A stretch of 64,000 bases of DNA, taken from contig CAZWPN010000001.1 of assembly GCA_964635275.1 (NCBI GenBank), forward strand, positions 4,149 through 68,148. Reading direction: 5' to 3'. Source of the DNA: an uncultured Victivallales bacterium (lineage in GTDB: Bacteria > Verrucomicrobiota > Kiritimatiellia > UBA8416 > CAZWPN01). A program made the translations under genes and the position numbers. Positions 18,114 through 28,285 of the stretch are shown here, piece by piece. The notes below the pieces were generated by a model. It saw nothing but the letters and a program-made list of their open reading frames with translations. It had not been told where the DNA came from and ran no database searches. The stretch's first letter is position 1; each line of letters opens with the position of its first letter.

Positions 18114-20029
18114 TAGAGTCCGTTCAAGGAGCTTTGTTGCTTATGACCATGCGATCACGGATTCTTTTCGCCTACCGCTACCGCAGCTTGCTCTTTCGAC
18201 TCTGGCAGGGAAATGCAGCGACTGTGCGAGTCGCTCCCGGTTGCCCGCCTCGTGTCGAGTGTGTCTTCAATGATGCGGGATTGTCGGACGCCTTGACTCT
18301 GGATCTTCTCAACGCTTCCGCAAACTCGATCCCGTTGCCGGAAAACAGCGTACGATCCATAGTCCTGCACATGGACGGCGCGACGCCATCTGCGGCGGAT
18401 GCGCATAAGATGCTGCTGAATGCTTGTGCAGTGCTGAAGCCTGGCGGCAAACTTACCGTCTACACAACCGACGCACCTTTTGTTGCCGGGGCAATCCAAC
18501 GTGTAAGTTTCGAAAAGCCGCAGCAGGTCAGAGGGCTTGCGGTAAGGCACCAGGGCGTGAGCGTACTTGAAGCCCGGCGTTCATCCGCCGGCGCTTCATG
18601 CCTCTGCATGCCGTGTGGCACATTGACACTCTGTATCGGATTGCTGGCACGCACTCGTGCGCTCATAGTCGCCATTTTCAGGCATTTTCGTCGCGTCTCC
18701 TTGAGATTCAGCTATGTGCCAATTCGGGCCCTTGGATTTGCCGAGGAATATCTGAGGCGTAAAACCCGGATTCCTCCGAGCGCGCCGAGAAGCCTGCTTG
18801 TATTCAGTATGGGCGGACTGGGAGACTTCATCCGGATGTTGCCTTTCTTGGAGACGCTGCGAGGTGCGTATCCTACCGCATCAATCACTGTCCTGCACAA
18901 CGGCGGACTGCGCGACATGAGCATTTGGAGCCATTGGTTCGAGGAGGCTGTGGCGCTTCCGCTGCCCAGGGACTTCACCGAGCGTTTCAAGGGCGAGGCA
19001 CGACCCTTTTCGGTGTATGCCACTTGCCCGCACGTGCTCTGGCGACTGCGACGGGGGCGATTCGACATTGGATGGGTCTTCGGATTCAACCAAGCCACCG
19101 GCAATTTCGGCACGGAACTGTTGAGCCTCTGCCGTGTGCGCTACCGCATCGGCGTCCACTACGGAAGCAACGTTAGTCGACTGAACTGGCATCACCGCCC
19201 GCCATCGAAGAAGGCCAGTCTTGTCACTTTCTTCGATCGAGGACTCGATCCTCTTGGCCTGCGGATCGCCGACAGGAATGTGCGCCTCAGCATCGCGGAT
19301 GACGACACGCAATGGGCAAGGGAATACCTGACCGGGCAAGGGGTTCCGCAGACAACCGCAGTCGCGGTCCTCGTCCCCGGTGCCGGCGGAATCTTCAACA
19401 GCAAGCGATGGCCACCAGAGCGCTTTGCAGCGCTGGCCGATCACATTCAGAAGACGCTGTGCGCCCGCGTCATACTGACAGGAAGCGGGGGGGAAGTGGA
19501 TTTGACACGCCAGGTGGTTGAACAGATGAAGACAACCCCCGTTGTAACCACCGGCGCATTGACGATCAGGCAACTTGCCGCCATCCTGTCACAGGCAACG
19601 GCTGTCGTGACGAACGACACGGCGGTCCTGCATCTCGCAGGAACAGTCCAAACGCCAACGATTGTTGGCATATTCGGTCCAACCGATCACGCGAATATCG
19701 TCCCACCGGATACTCGATTCACAAGCCTCCAGAGCAGAGTCGCATGCAGCCCGTGTTCACACATCGATGGCAATGATCCCGAGACCGTCTGCAACAAGGC
19801 GACGCGGGAAGAATGCCTCTTGGCCATTTCTGTTGATGAAGTGTTCGACGCGCTGGTCAGGGGAATCCAAAGAGCTCTACCCAAGACCGCGACGCTGAAC
19901 GCAATACCACCCCGGCAAACAACTACCGTCGGAGCCCCATCTTCCGATAGCAGGTCTGACCAAGGCAATACAAACGCGCTCCGAGAAGGTTGCGGATCAG
20001 AAAACACCAGGCATCGAGTGGCGTCATGA
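18110..20029 (+). CDS. Fusion protein: N-terminal methyltransferase-like segment plus C-terminal GT9 (heptosyltransferase-family) glycosyltransferase.
   Basis: N-terminus LPENSVRSIVLHMDGATP...LNACAVLKPGGKLTV (MT post-motif I/II region; motif I not evident). C-terminus LVFSMGGLGDFIRMLPFLETL ... TNDTAVLHLAGTVQTPTIVGIFGPTD (GT9 signature). Confidence 0.65.
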   Translation: MIESVQGALLLMTMRSRILFAYRYRSLLFRLWQGNAATVRVAPGCPPRVECVFNDAGLSDALTLDLLNASANSIPLPENSVRSIVLHMDGATPSAADAHKMLLNACAVLKPGGKLTVYTTDAPFVAGAIQRVSFEKPQQVRGLAVRHQGVSVLEARRSSAGASCLCMPCGTLTLCIGLLARTRALIVAIFRHFRRVSLRFSYVPIRALGFAEEYLRRKTRIPPSAPRSLLVFSMGGLGDFIRMLPFLETLRGAYPTASITVLHNGGLRDMSIWSHWFEEAVALPLPRDFTERFKGEARPFSVYATCPHVLWRLRRGRFDIGWVFGFNQATGNFGTELLSLCRVRYRIGVHYGSNVSRLNWHHRPPSKKASLVTFFDRGLDPLGLRIADRNVRLSIADDDTQWAREYLTGQGVPQTTAVAVLVPGAGGIFNSKRWPPERFAALADHIQKTLCARVILTGSGGEVDLTRQVVEQMKTTPVVTTGALTIRQLAAILSQATAVVTNDTAVLHLAGTVQTPTIVGIFGPTDHANIVPPDTRFTSLQSRVACSPCSHIDGNDPETVCNKATREECLLAISVDEVFDALVRGIQRALPKTATLNAIPPRQTTTVGAPSSDSRSDQGNTNALREGCGSENTRHRVAS

Positions 20030-20861
20030 AGTAGATGCCTGCGGCAAGCCCGCGGCAGGCCCTTCGAAAAGCCCAGCGCCTGAGCGGCGTATCAGGCACG
20101 TTCTTACGCCAAAACACCTTGTAGGCCTCCAGCATCTCGACGCTCCGCTCTGCGGGCGGACGCCGGTTCACGCCGGATGGCTTGTGGACACACCTGGCGG
20201 CAGCAGTGTAGTAGTTCCGGTACACTCTGGATACGCGATACGAGAGATCCGCATCCTCGAACGGACCAGCGAAAGATTCGCCATCCGGCGGAATATCAAT
20301 CAGCACAGCCCGTCTATAGGATGTAAACCCCCCACCCATAAACTCGACTCTACGAATACCGCTAAGCCCATTTGCCGTTGTGTGCATGCCGGAAAGCCGA
20401 AATCGCCCAGATCCGAACATCGGCAGAAAATAGGCGCGAAGCAGAAGTGCGCGCAAGCTCCACGATGGCGGACGACGACTGCTTGGATCATGACCGGTAA
20501 CCCCGCCAATGGTGCTCATATCGCACAGTTCGTACACCTGTAAAAGTTCACGGACAAAGTCCTGCTCAATATAGACGTCGTCATCAAGGAATAGAATCAC
20601 TTGACCTGTGGCAATCTCAAAACCAAGACGGCGTTGCCGCGCCATGCCAGGAGCACTCCTGACATAATTCAAGGAGCCTGCAAGGCGCGTCTTCATTGAC
20701 TCCACCACACTCTGCGATTCATCCTTTTTCGAGGCATCGACAACGATGACCTCCAGCGGCTTCTCCGACTGCCGGGCGATGTGGTCAAGGCAATGGCCGA
20801 TCTCAACCGGCCGGTTCATCGTGATGATGACTATGGATAAAGTAGGCTTCATTTCAGACAC
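19923..20861 (-). CDS. GT2-family glycosyltransferase.
   Basis: LSIVIITMNRPVEIGHCLD...VIVVDASKKD...LFLDDDV. Confidence 0.8.
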   Translation of the reverse strand: MSEMKPTLSIVIITMNRPVEIGHCLDHIARQSEKPLEVIVVDASKKDESQSVVESMKTRLAGSLNYVRSAPGMARQRRLGFEIATGQVILFLDDDVYIEQDFVRELLQVYELCDMSTIGGVTGHDPSSRRPPSWSLRALLLRAYFLPMFGSGRFRLSGMHTTANGLSGIRRVEFMGGGFTSYRRAVLIDIPPDGESFAGPFEDADLSYRVSRVYRNYYTAAARCVHKPSGVNRRPPAERSVEMLEAYKVFWRKNVPDTPLRRWAFRRACRGLAAGIYFMTPLDAWCFLIRNLLGARLYCLGQTCYRKMGLRR

Positions 20862-22140
20862 ACTTACCTCGCATCAGCATCCCTTTGATGCAGATACGCT
20901 CCGACAAGCCGCTGCGTACAGTCAGGCCCACATGCGCGTCTACCGCCGCGTACAGCGAAGCGGCAACCTTGTCCTTGGCCCTGCATGGCGCTTCACAGAA
21001 CTGATGCAAAGGGAGAATGTTGGAATCCCAGTTCAAATGCTCCCGCACGAGGCGCTGCACATTGCCGCGCAGCGTCGCCATCCTCTGAGGATTCATCAGC
21101 AAGTCCAGCATGACAGCGGCGACATGATCCGGGTCATGCGAATCCAACACCGCGCCCGCCGCGCCGGCAGCCACCAGTCTGGACAGTTCGTCCCCCCGCG
21201 ACAAGACAACCGGCAACCCACCCCAAAGCATGTCAACGACACGCGCTCGCCAGGCAAGTTCGGTCTCCAGCGACATCCGGTACGTGCAAATGCCCAACGT
21301 GGCGCCAGCGTACAATGCCGCACGCTTGTCGTAGGGAGCCCAGTCAATAAAATCTACTTTCCCGCCAAGACCTTGCTCATCAACAAGCGCCCTGAGTCTC
21401 GCGAGATTCGCCTTGCATAGCGCACCGGCATGCGGATTCTGGGCGCCGGCAAAGACAAGCTTTGCCCTTTCGATTCGCTCAGAAACCTTCCTGAAGCCGC
21501 GTATCACGGCAAATGGATCGTACCAGTCATATACGCCAGAGGGCCACAACACGACCGGCTCTTCTGCAGATGGGCACACTCCGTACGCAGATGGCGGATC
21601 CCACGGAACACCGGGGCGCACAATCCCCATCAACTTATCCAAGCCTCCCAGCGTAAGAGGATTGCAGCGCCCCGCCGCGCTTAGAAGCCCCAGGTAGAAC
21701 ATCCGCTGGCTTTCCCCGGCGCAAACGAAGAAATCCCCTGCCCTCAAGGCTTGATGAAGCATTGCCAGACGCTTGCCGAAATAGTACGCATCCACCCCCC
21801 CAAGCCGATCCTGAACGGGAATGGTCGCCGTGAACACCGGGCCCTGCAAGTTGATGACCAGCGGGACCGGACAGCGCCAATCAGGCCTGAGCAACTCCAA
21901 CGGAACTATCGCCACGTCGCACACCCCGCGCCGCAGCGTATAACCCGCGTCGGTCTCAGAGACAAAACGCAACGAAGAGAATGCAGGTGTGGCACGAACG
22001 GCGTCGGACAAAGCCAGGGCCACCGATACGTCATGACCCTTTCGCGCAAGGCTGGCGGCGAGGTTGAGATTACGGTACTGCGACTCCAAAGGTATGGGTC
22101 TTTGTTCCGGATCCGTTCCAAGAAGGAGGACTCTCGACAT
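20854..22140 (-). CDS. GT-B fold glycosyltransferase (GT4/GT1-like).
   Basis: 428 aa, two Rossmann-like halves. C-terminal half has ...LVFAGAQNPH...WGGLPVVLSRGDE. Weaker motif conservation. Confidence 0.5.
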   Translation of the reverse strand: MSRVLLLGTDPEQRPIPLESQYRNLNLAASLARKGHDVSVALALSDAVRATPAFSSLRFVSETDAGYTLRRGVCDVAIVPLELLRPDWRCPVPLVINLQGPVFTATIPVQDRLGGVDAYYFGKRLAMLHQALRAGDFFVCAGESQRMFYLGLLSAAGRCNPLTLGGLDKLMGIVRPGVPWDPPSAYGVCPSAEEPVVLWPSGVYDWYDPFAVIRGFRKVSERIERAKLVFAGAQNPHAGALCKANLARLRALVDEQGLGGKVDFIDWAPYDKRAALYAGATLGICTYRMSLETELAWRARVVDMLWGGLPVVLSRGDELSRLVAAGAAGAVLDSHDPDHVAAVMLDLLMNPQRMATLRGNVQRLVREHLNWDSNILPLHQFCEAPCRAKDKVAASLYAAVDAHVGLTVRSGLSERICIKGMLMRGKCV

Positions 22141-22232
22141 TCAACAACTCTCCTGCCTGCCACCGAACGCACACCGCAAGGGCGCGGCGTGCCGAACTCC
22201 TGAAACCGGGACGCCCTCATCCCGCTACGCGC

Positions 22233-23468
22233 CTACAAACACCCGCCCTTCACCGTCCAATAGATCTGGTCCAACTTACGTACGTGATCATCCACTTCCT
22301 CAAATGTCTCAATAAGCTCCCGCATCTTCGCCACGTCAGATGAGTGGTCCACAACCCAGCGCATGCGATCACGCAGGGCCTCCACGTCTCCTGGCGACAC
22401 CAGAAATCCCGTACGTCCCTCTTCTACAAGCTCAGTGATGCCCCCGATCATACTCCCTATCACCGGAATGCGCGCCGCCCGCGCCTCATGAATGGCAAGC
22501 GGGGAATTATCAGGAAACAGACTCGGGACCAAAAGCACATCGATGTGCCGCAACGCCTCCAACTTCTCCGCCCCTGTAACAACACCCTCGAACAGGACAC
22601 GCCGGCCGCCGTATTCTGATATGATCTCCTGCGGAAAACGGCCGAACATCCGCAGTTCGGCAACACGATCCAGATCGCAAAAAGCCGCAAGGAGAACGCT
22701 TGAACCCTTCCCTTGGTGCGGTCCGCCCAGGAAACCAAAACGGACGACACGCGACGCGGTCGGCACGATGGCGCGAAGACTCCCAGAGCGAATTCCGTAT
22801 GCGCATCTGGTAATTCGAGCCGCATCGAACCCATTGCCGGCGCAATAGTCCAACATCCATTGGGATGGCGCCAGGAAACGGTCAACGTTCCTGAACACTC
22901 TTCTCATGGCCCTCGGGCGCGAATACCAGGCGTACCACAACGCGCTGAACAGCGCGCGCACCCCTATGTCGTCTTTCCGCGCTGCCAATTCCTCCCTCAT
23001 ACAGAGGAAACACCGCCATGCGCCTCTCCTGTAGCAGGGCCTGCAATGTCCGGCGCGCTCAATCAACGGAAAGATCTTGAGGCAAACGAACCACTGGTCG
23101 TGTATTGTGAAGACGACCGGGATTCCGGCGGCCCTGGCGATGGCAGGTATGTCGTTAGAGAGCAGGAGGATGGTATGAATATGGACCACGTCCGGGCGAA
23201 ACTCCCGGAGAAACGAGGAGAAGGCGGCGTTGACCTCCGCATTTCCGGTGTGCCAGCGCCAGTCCTGTTGCCGCGGCGAGACCCTGACGACAGGAACACC
23301 ATCAACTTCGTGTTTGTCGGACGACACACCATCCGACCTTGGCGAACCACCACAGAACACGCGCACATCGTGTTCTCGAACCTGTTCGGCGCAGAGGTCC
23401 GCCAGGTAGGTAGTCGTCCCGCCAACCCCATCCTGGGGGAGATAGCGGTGTATGACGTGGAGGATTCT
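22233..23468 (-). CDS. GT4-family glycosyltransferase.
   Basis: MRILHVIHRYLPQDGVGG N-terminus; C-terminal SLFPDNSPLAIHEARAARIPVIGSMIGG. Confidence 0.8.
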   Translation of the reverse strand, partial: RILHVIHRYLPQDGVGGTTTYLADLCAEQVREHDVRVFCGGSPRSDGVSSDKHEVDGVPVVRVSPRQQDWRWHTGNAEVNAAFSSFLREFRPDVVHIHTILLLSNDIPAIARAAGIPVVFTIHDQWFVCLKIFPLIERAGHCRPCYRRGAWRCFLCMREELAARKDDIGVRALFSALWYAWYSRPRAMRRVFRNVDRFLAPSQWMLDYCAGNGFDAARITRCAYGIRSGSLRAIVPTASRVVRFGFLGGPHQGKGSSVLLAAFCDLDRVAELRMFGRFPQEIISEYGGRRVLFEGVVTGAEKLEALRHIDVLLVPSLFPDNSPLAIHEARAARIPVIGSMIGGITELVEEGRTGFLVSPGDVEALRDRMRWVVDHSSDVAKMRELIETFEEVDDHVRKLDQIYWTVKGGCL

Positions 23469-23648
23469 CATGCCGAAAAGACAGTACACCATGGATCGGC
23501 GCGGGTCAACCGCACGGGCATCCCCCCTGCGACTCCAACTCATGTCCTTTTTGATGCTGAGGCGAGCGAGGCAGAGAGGTTGGAACCAATGGCCGGACCA
23601 AGGGTGGCCATCCGATCAGCATTGATCGGTCGTCTATGTGCATGTCGT

Positions 23649-25067
23649 TTAACGCTTGCCGGGGCGGGCTGAAGGGCCTGTTGCGCGGTCGGCCATGCGG
23701 GAGAAAGAATCTTTGTAGGCACTCAGGTGGTGCCGTATTGCGGTGCAGCCGTAGGCGGCAAAAACAATGACGATAGGCATGAGCGGCCAACGGTAACGTA
23801 TCTCGGTTATCGTCAGGATTAACATGCCGGTGCATACAAGGAATAGCGCAACAAGCAGACTTATGCCAACGCCATCTATCTCCTCAACTGACTGCATCAC
23901 GGGAACAGGGACAGCAGCACCAGCGCCGCCATGTGAATGACCCATACCGCAATCGGCAGAATCCGCGTCGCTCTTCTTTCGCCGGCGAAACCGTAATACT
24001 CGCCAGGCAACAATCATGCCTATCGCGGACAACGGGTAAAGAATGCAAACATCCTGCATCCACATCACGATGGTGTTGATCCGACGGCTTCCCTCATACG
24101 AAGGGCGGAACAGGTTTACAGCACGCCGCCAGCATAACCATGCGTAGCGCCCAGGGTTCTCCCGTATGAATGTTGCCGCCTCATGGTGCAGAAAACGATC
24201 CTGCTGCACTTCACTGCGCCCATCCGGAGGCGGCAATCCACCAGTGTCGATTCCCTGCAGTATCCATCCTCCGAAACCGCCATTGGATTTGGGGTTGTTG
24301 GCGCGGTAGATACTGATCCCGCCTCCTGACGACAAGGGAATCCATGTTCCCATGGAAACATAATTGCGTGCGATCCATGGCGACCAACATAAGGCGAACG
24401 CCAGCGTCACACAGGCCAGGGCAGGAAGAGCTCGGTGGTGGTGGCGCAGCAACAGCACTAAAGCCAGTAAGGAAGCCACCGCCAGTCCGATGGGACGAGT
24501 CAACAAGCACAACCCAAGAACCGCACCGGTCGCCAGCGCCAAGGTGATGCTCTCGACCTTCCGCAAGAGATGCACCCCAAGCAAGACTCCAAGAAACAAC
24601 AGGGTAGTGTAGAGGCATTCCGTCATTATGTAACACGGCATCTGTACCAGTGGCAGGTAGAGTGCACCCATCAGCAAGGCCCACAGCCCAGCCTCGCGAC
24701 CAAAGACCGCGCACGCAATTTGCGAGATGAGCAGACACAACAGAACTGCCATGACGACTTGGACCACGCGTACCGCGACCACATTGGGTCCTGCTATCGC
24801 GAATACCGCCGCAACCAGACCGGCGTACCCCGGCATGATGCTGGCCGTTGGGCGTCCCTCGATACTGTAGCCCTCGGAATTGAGCAGAGACAGCGCCAGC
24901 CCGGTATAATCCGTGGAATCGGCTTCGTAAGTTCGATTCAGATAGTACCGATCGCCCGGGTGCATGAAGAAGTACAGTAAACGAACGGCGAGCGCCAGAG
25001 CCAGACCGGCAAAAAGCAGCCATCTGGTTGAACGGTGCACTGTGCGGGCACACGGGCGATCTGGCAT
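23649..25067 (-). CDS. Polytopic GT-C fold glycosyltransferase (ArnT/PMT/GT39-like).
   Basis: 10 or more TM helices (e.g. LLFAGLALALAV, VVMAVLLCLLISQIACAVF). Second GT-C enzyme in the locus. Confidence 0.5.
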   Translation of the reverse strand: MPDRPCARTVHRSTRWLLFAGLALALAVRLLYFFMHPGDRYYLNRTYEADSTDYTGLALSLLNSEGYSIEGRPTASIMPGYAGLVAAVFAIAGPNVVAVRVVQVVMAVLLCLLISQIACAVFGREAGLWALLMGALYLPLVQMPCYIMTECLYTTLLFLGVLLGVHLLRKVESITLALATGAVLGLCLLTRPIGLAVASLLALVLLLRHHHRALPALACVTLAFALCWSPWIARNYVSMGTWIPLSSGGGISIYRANNPKSNGGFGGWILQGIDTGGLPPPDGRSEVQQDRFLHHEAATFIRENPGRYAWLCWRRAVNLFRPSYEGSRRINTIVMWMQDVCILYPLSAIGMIVAWRVLRFRRRKKSDADSADCGMGHSHGGAGAAVPVPVMQSVEEIDGVGISLLVALFLVCTGMLILTITEIRYRWPLMPIVIVFAAYGCTAIRHHLSAYKDSFSRMADRATGPSARPGKR

Positions 25068-25155
25068 CCCAGGATCTTGATTGCGCGCTGTCACTGTGAC
25101 GCTTTCATGTGCGAGACCATGTCGCATCGGCCTACGTTCATACGAACGGTCCTCC

Positions 25156-26085
25156 TCACATCTTGAGAGCAGATGGAATCCTGAGCCCTCTGAGGACCCC
25201 GCGCAAGATCGCCGCCGTCTCCCGCCAGTGCCCATTCCTCAATTCGGGATACAGACTGCCGATGAAGATGCTCCGTAACATGCGGAACAACAGACCGCAC
25301 CTTCCGCGCCGGGACTGCGAAAGGAAGAACCAGAGGCGATTCCTTGTCCTGAAAAAATAGAATTGCGGCGTACACTTGCCGAGCGAGGACGAAACATCAT
25401 GCAAGGCGCGCACGCGAGGCGATGCCCACAGCGAGAATCCCTGCCGCTTTATCTTCCAGCACCAGTCCGTGTCTTCAAGGTATATGACGTAATCGTCAAC
25501 AAACTCCCCGCAGCGTTCCACGGCAGCGCGCGTTGCACACAGAAACGCTGTTGGAATGGTGTCTACTTCCCTGTCATAGGCGAATGCACCGTCAATCTTC
25601 CCGCCCTGCCCCCCGTCAAACATGCTGCCGTCCGCCCAGTCTATCAGCCCGCCGCCGGCACACCAGCATACATCTGGCTCTGCTTGGTACGCGATGTGCG
25701 CTCCAACAGCCCCGACATTGCCCATCCGCCCGTTCCCCTCATCAAGAAACCTGACAGCCTGCTCCAGCGTATCAGGGAAAACGACAATGTCGTTATCCAT
25801 GAATGCCAACGCACGCCAATTCCTGGAGTCCCTGAAACGACGCAGGATGATGTTACGCCCTGCGGCCGCGCCTATGTTCGCAGCTTCCGTGTGTGTCGTT
25901 ACAAAAGGATAGACTGATGCCGCCTCGGCGATGCCCTGGCCTGATCCGTTATCCACGATCAGGACGTCAAAGGATGTATATGTGCTTCTGGCCAGACTCT
26001 CGAGACAAGCCATGGTCTTGTCCTTGTGGTTGCAGGCCAGTATTCCCACCAGCAAACGATCACAGTCACTTGCAGGGCTGACCAT
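25156..26085 (-). CDS. GT2-family glycosyltransferase.
   Basis: LLVGILACNHKDKT...VLIVDNGSGQG...AFMDNDIVV. Confidence 0.75.
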   Translation of the reverse strand: MVSPASDCDRLLVGILACNHKDKTMACLESLARSTYTSFDVLIVDNGSGQGIAEAASVYPFVTTHTEAANIGAAAGRNIILRRFRDSRNWRALAFMDNDIVVFPDTLEQAVRFLDEGNGRMGNVGAVGAHIAYQAEPDVCWCAGGGLIDWADGSMFDGGQGGKIDGAFAYDREVDTIPTAFLCATRAAVERCGEFVDDYVIYLEDTDWCWKIKRQGFSLWASPRVRALHDVSSSLGKCTPQFYFFRTRNRLWFFLSQSRRGRCGLLFRMLRSIFIGSLYPELRNGHWRETAAILRGVLRGLRIPSALKM

Positions 26086-28283
26086 CACATCCCACCCCCT
26101 GTAACCTGCCGGATCCACTCCTCCTGCCACCGCCGCAAAGAATAGCCGGCAACGATGCGCTCCCTTGCGCGCCGGCCCATCGCCAGACGCATGGTCTCGT
26201 CGACCGCGAGCGCCTCAATCAATTGCGCCCAGTCTTCCGTTCCCCGGGCGTGGTATCCGCAAATGCCATGCTCCACAATCCGCGCATTGACACCGACTGG
26301 CGAGACAATCGGCGCAATGCCCAGCGCCATGTACTGCACGGCCTTGAACCCGCACTTGCCCAGACACCAGGAATCGTCCCGCAGAGGCATCAGCCCGATA
26401 TGCGAACCGACCAGATCCTGCACCTCTGTGTCAAGGTTCCACGGCACCAACTCCATCCCTAGAGGCCCGACATCTCGGGGATCAATGTCAGGAAACCTGT
26501 CACAGACGATGCGAAGAACAAGCCCGCCACGATCCTTCAGGGCCTCGGCGGCTTGTCTCAGGGCCGGAATGATGTCCTCGAGCATCGGCAATGTGCTTCG
26601 TTGCCCGACCCAGACAAGACGAAGCGGAGCGCCATCTTGCCGCAAACCGGAAACTTCGGAATACCAGTAGCGCCGACAATCCAGCACCGTCGGAATAACA
26701 ACGGCATGGCCCCCGTGACGCGCAGATGACTCCGCCAGGAATTCATTGCCGGCGATAACCGCGGTCGCGGATTTCACCAGAGATACCGCCTCGCCGGGAT
26801 TCTGCAGGCGACCCATAAGACCCCGGAAAGGCAGACACCCGGCTCCGCCAAGAACATCGTCATCCAGATCATAGGCGCAACTGACTGCATTCCTGCCCAG
26901 CAAGCCCAGCATCCCGCGCCAGCGGGATGGAGTCAGCGCCTTCTGAACCAGCACATGGCCAAAAAGCCGCGCTTGGCGAAGTTGATACCGTCTTAGCAGC
27001 AGGTGAAAGAAAAGCCATGCCGTCGACACGAAGCGGCGACTGCCTGGTGTCGGCAGGCTGAAGTGTTTTACGCTGTACCCGGCGGACTGAAGGCCTGGAA
27101 TGTACTGCAGCACCCGGTAACGAGTGCTCGGCTGGCCCAGGTCGCCCACGGTGTAAAGAGCCACTCTCTTGCCCAGACCGACCTCGCCGGAGGAACGCGC
27201 AGGCGATCGCCGCGACGCCTCGGCGTAGACGTCTTCGTACTGTCTGGCTATGACGCGCGGATCATGCCTCTCACGCACAACCGCCTGTGCCCTTGCAGCG
27301 ATGGATGAACACTGCCCCGGCCGATCGAGGGCCAAACTCATGGCGCCCGCGAGTTCCTTCTCGTTTCCTGGATTGACCAGAAGACCAAGATCGCCACCGT
27401 CTAACAGTTCCGGAACGCCTCCGCAGGCAAAGGCCACCACCGGAACCCCCTTGCCCATGGCTTCCAGGATCGCGTTGGGACTCGACTCCATTGTGGATGC
27501 ATGCACATACAAGTCAGCGCGGGCGAGAACGCCGGCTACGTTGTCGCGGCGCCCCAGGAAATGGACTCTGTCCCGCAGCCCGAGCGTCCCGGCGAGATCC
27601 TGCAGGGTCTGTCGTCTGTCCCCCTCGCCCACAAGCCACAGGGACGCACTCGCCTTGCCGCACAGAACGGCAAAGGCGCGCAGCAAGATGTCATGCCCCT
27701 TGCCAGGCCAGAAGTTGGCAACGTAGACCATTGTCTTCCCACACGCCTGCGGGAGCTCTTGCCTTTCGTCTGGCGGATCGAAAGGCAAGCTGAATGCATT
27801 TGGGATGGCATGCATCCTCCCGCTGTTCAGAAAGCTCTCGTGGGAACAGGCGTACTCCGCCGCCGCCAGCGAGTTGGCCACAACAGCATCTGCAAACAGA
27901 TTGCCGGCGCCCTGCCACAGTCTGTGCCATCGCGTCTGCCATGTCGCCAACTCGCGCCGCGCGGAAACAATGCATGGCACACCAAGCAGCCTCGCGGCAA
28001 GGTTGGCCCACAAATCAAACCCGAAAAGAAAGGTCTGGACGACATCCGGGCGAAACCGACGGATTTCGCGCATGAAAAACCAAAGACAACGCATGTTATG
28101 GGGCGGCGGGGCGCAGAGAACACGAACATCAATCCCTGGATCGACCGGAAAGGGCCGCCTTGACGGACGAATCGCAAGAATACGCACAGTGTGCCCCAGT
28201 TCCCGCATCTGGCAGGCCAGGATCATGAGCTGGCGCTCGGTGCCGCCGAGGTGCAGTTCGGGTATAATGTAAAGGATGCGCAT
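26085..28283 (-). CDS. Two-domain (tandem GT4) glycosyltransferase.
   Basis: 732 aa. First half MRILYIIPELHLGGTERQ...ESSPNAILEAMGKGVPVVA; a second GT-B unit follows. Confidence 0.75.
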   Translation of the reverse strand: MRILYIIPELHLGGTERQLMILACQMRELGHTVRILAIRPSRRPFPVDPGIDVRVLCAPPPHNMRCLWFFMREIRRFRPDVVQTFLFGFDLWANLAARLLGVPCIVSARRELATWQTRWHRLWQGAGNLFADAVVANSLAAAEYACSHESFLNSGRMHAIPNAFSLPFDPPDERQELPQACGKTMVYVANFWPGKGHDILLRAFAVLCGKASASLWLVGEGDRRQTLQDLAGTLGLRDRVHFLGRRDNVAGVLARADLYVHASTMESSPNAILEAMGKGVPVVAFACGGVPELLDGGDLGLLVNPGNEKELAGAMSLALDRPGQCSSIAARAQAVVRERHDPRVIARQYEDVYAEASRRSPARSSGEVGLGKRVALYTVGDLGQPSTRYRVLQYIPGLQSAGYSVKHFSLPTPGSRRFVSTAWLFFHLLLRRYQLRQARLFGHVLVQKALTPSRWRGMLGLLGRNAVSCAYDLDDDVLGGAGCLPFRGLMGRLQNPGEAVSLVKSATAVIAGNEFLAESSARHGGHAVVIPTVLDCRRYWYSEVSGLRQDGAPLRLVWVGQRSTLPMLEDIIPALRQAAEALKDRGGLVLRIVCDRFPDIDPRDVGPLGMELVPWNLDTEVQDLVGSHIGLMPLRDDSWCLGKCGFKAVQYMALGIAPIVSPVGVNARIVEHGICGYHARGTEDWAQLIEALAVDETMRLAMGRRARERIVAGYSLRRWQEEWIRQVTGGGM

Positions 28284-28285
28284 GG

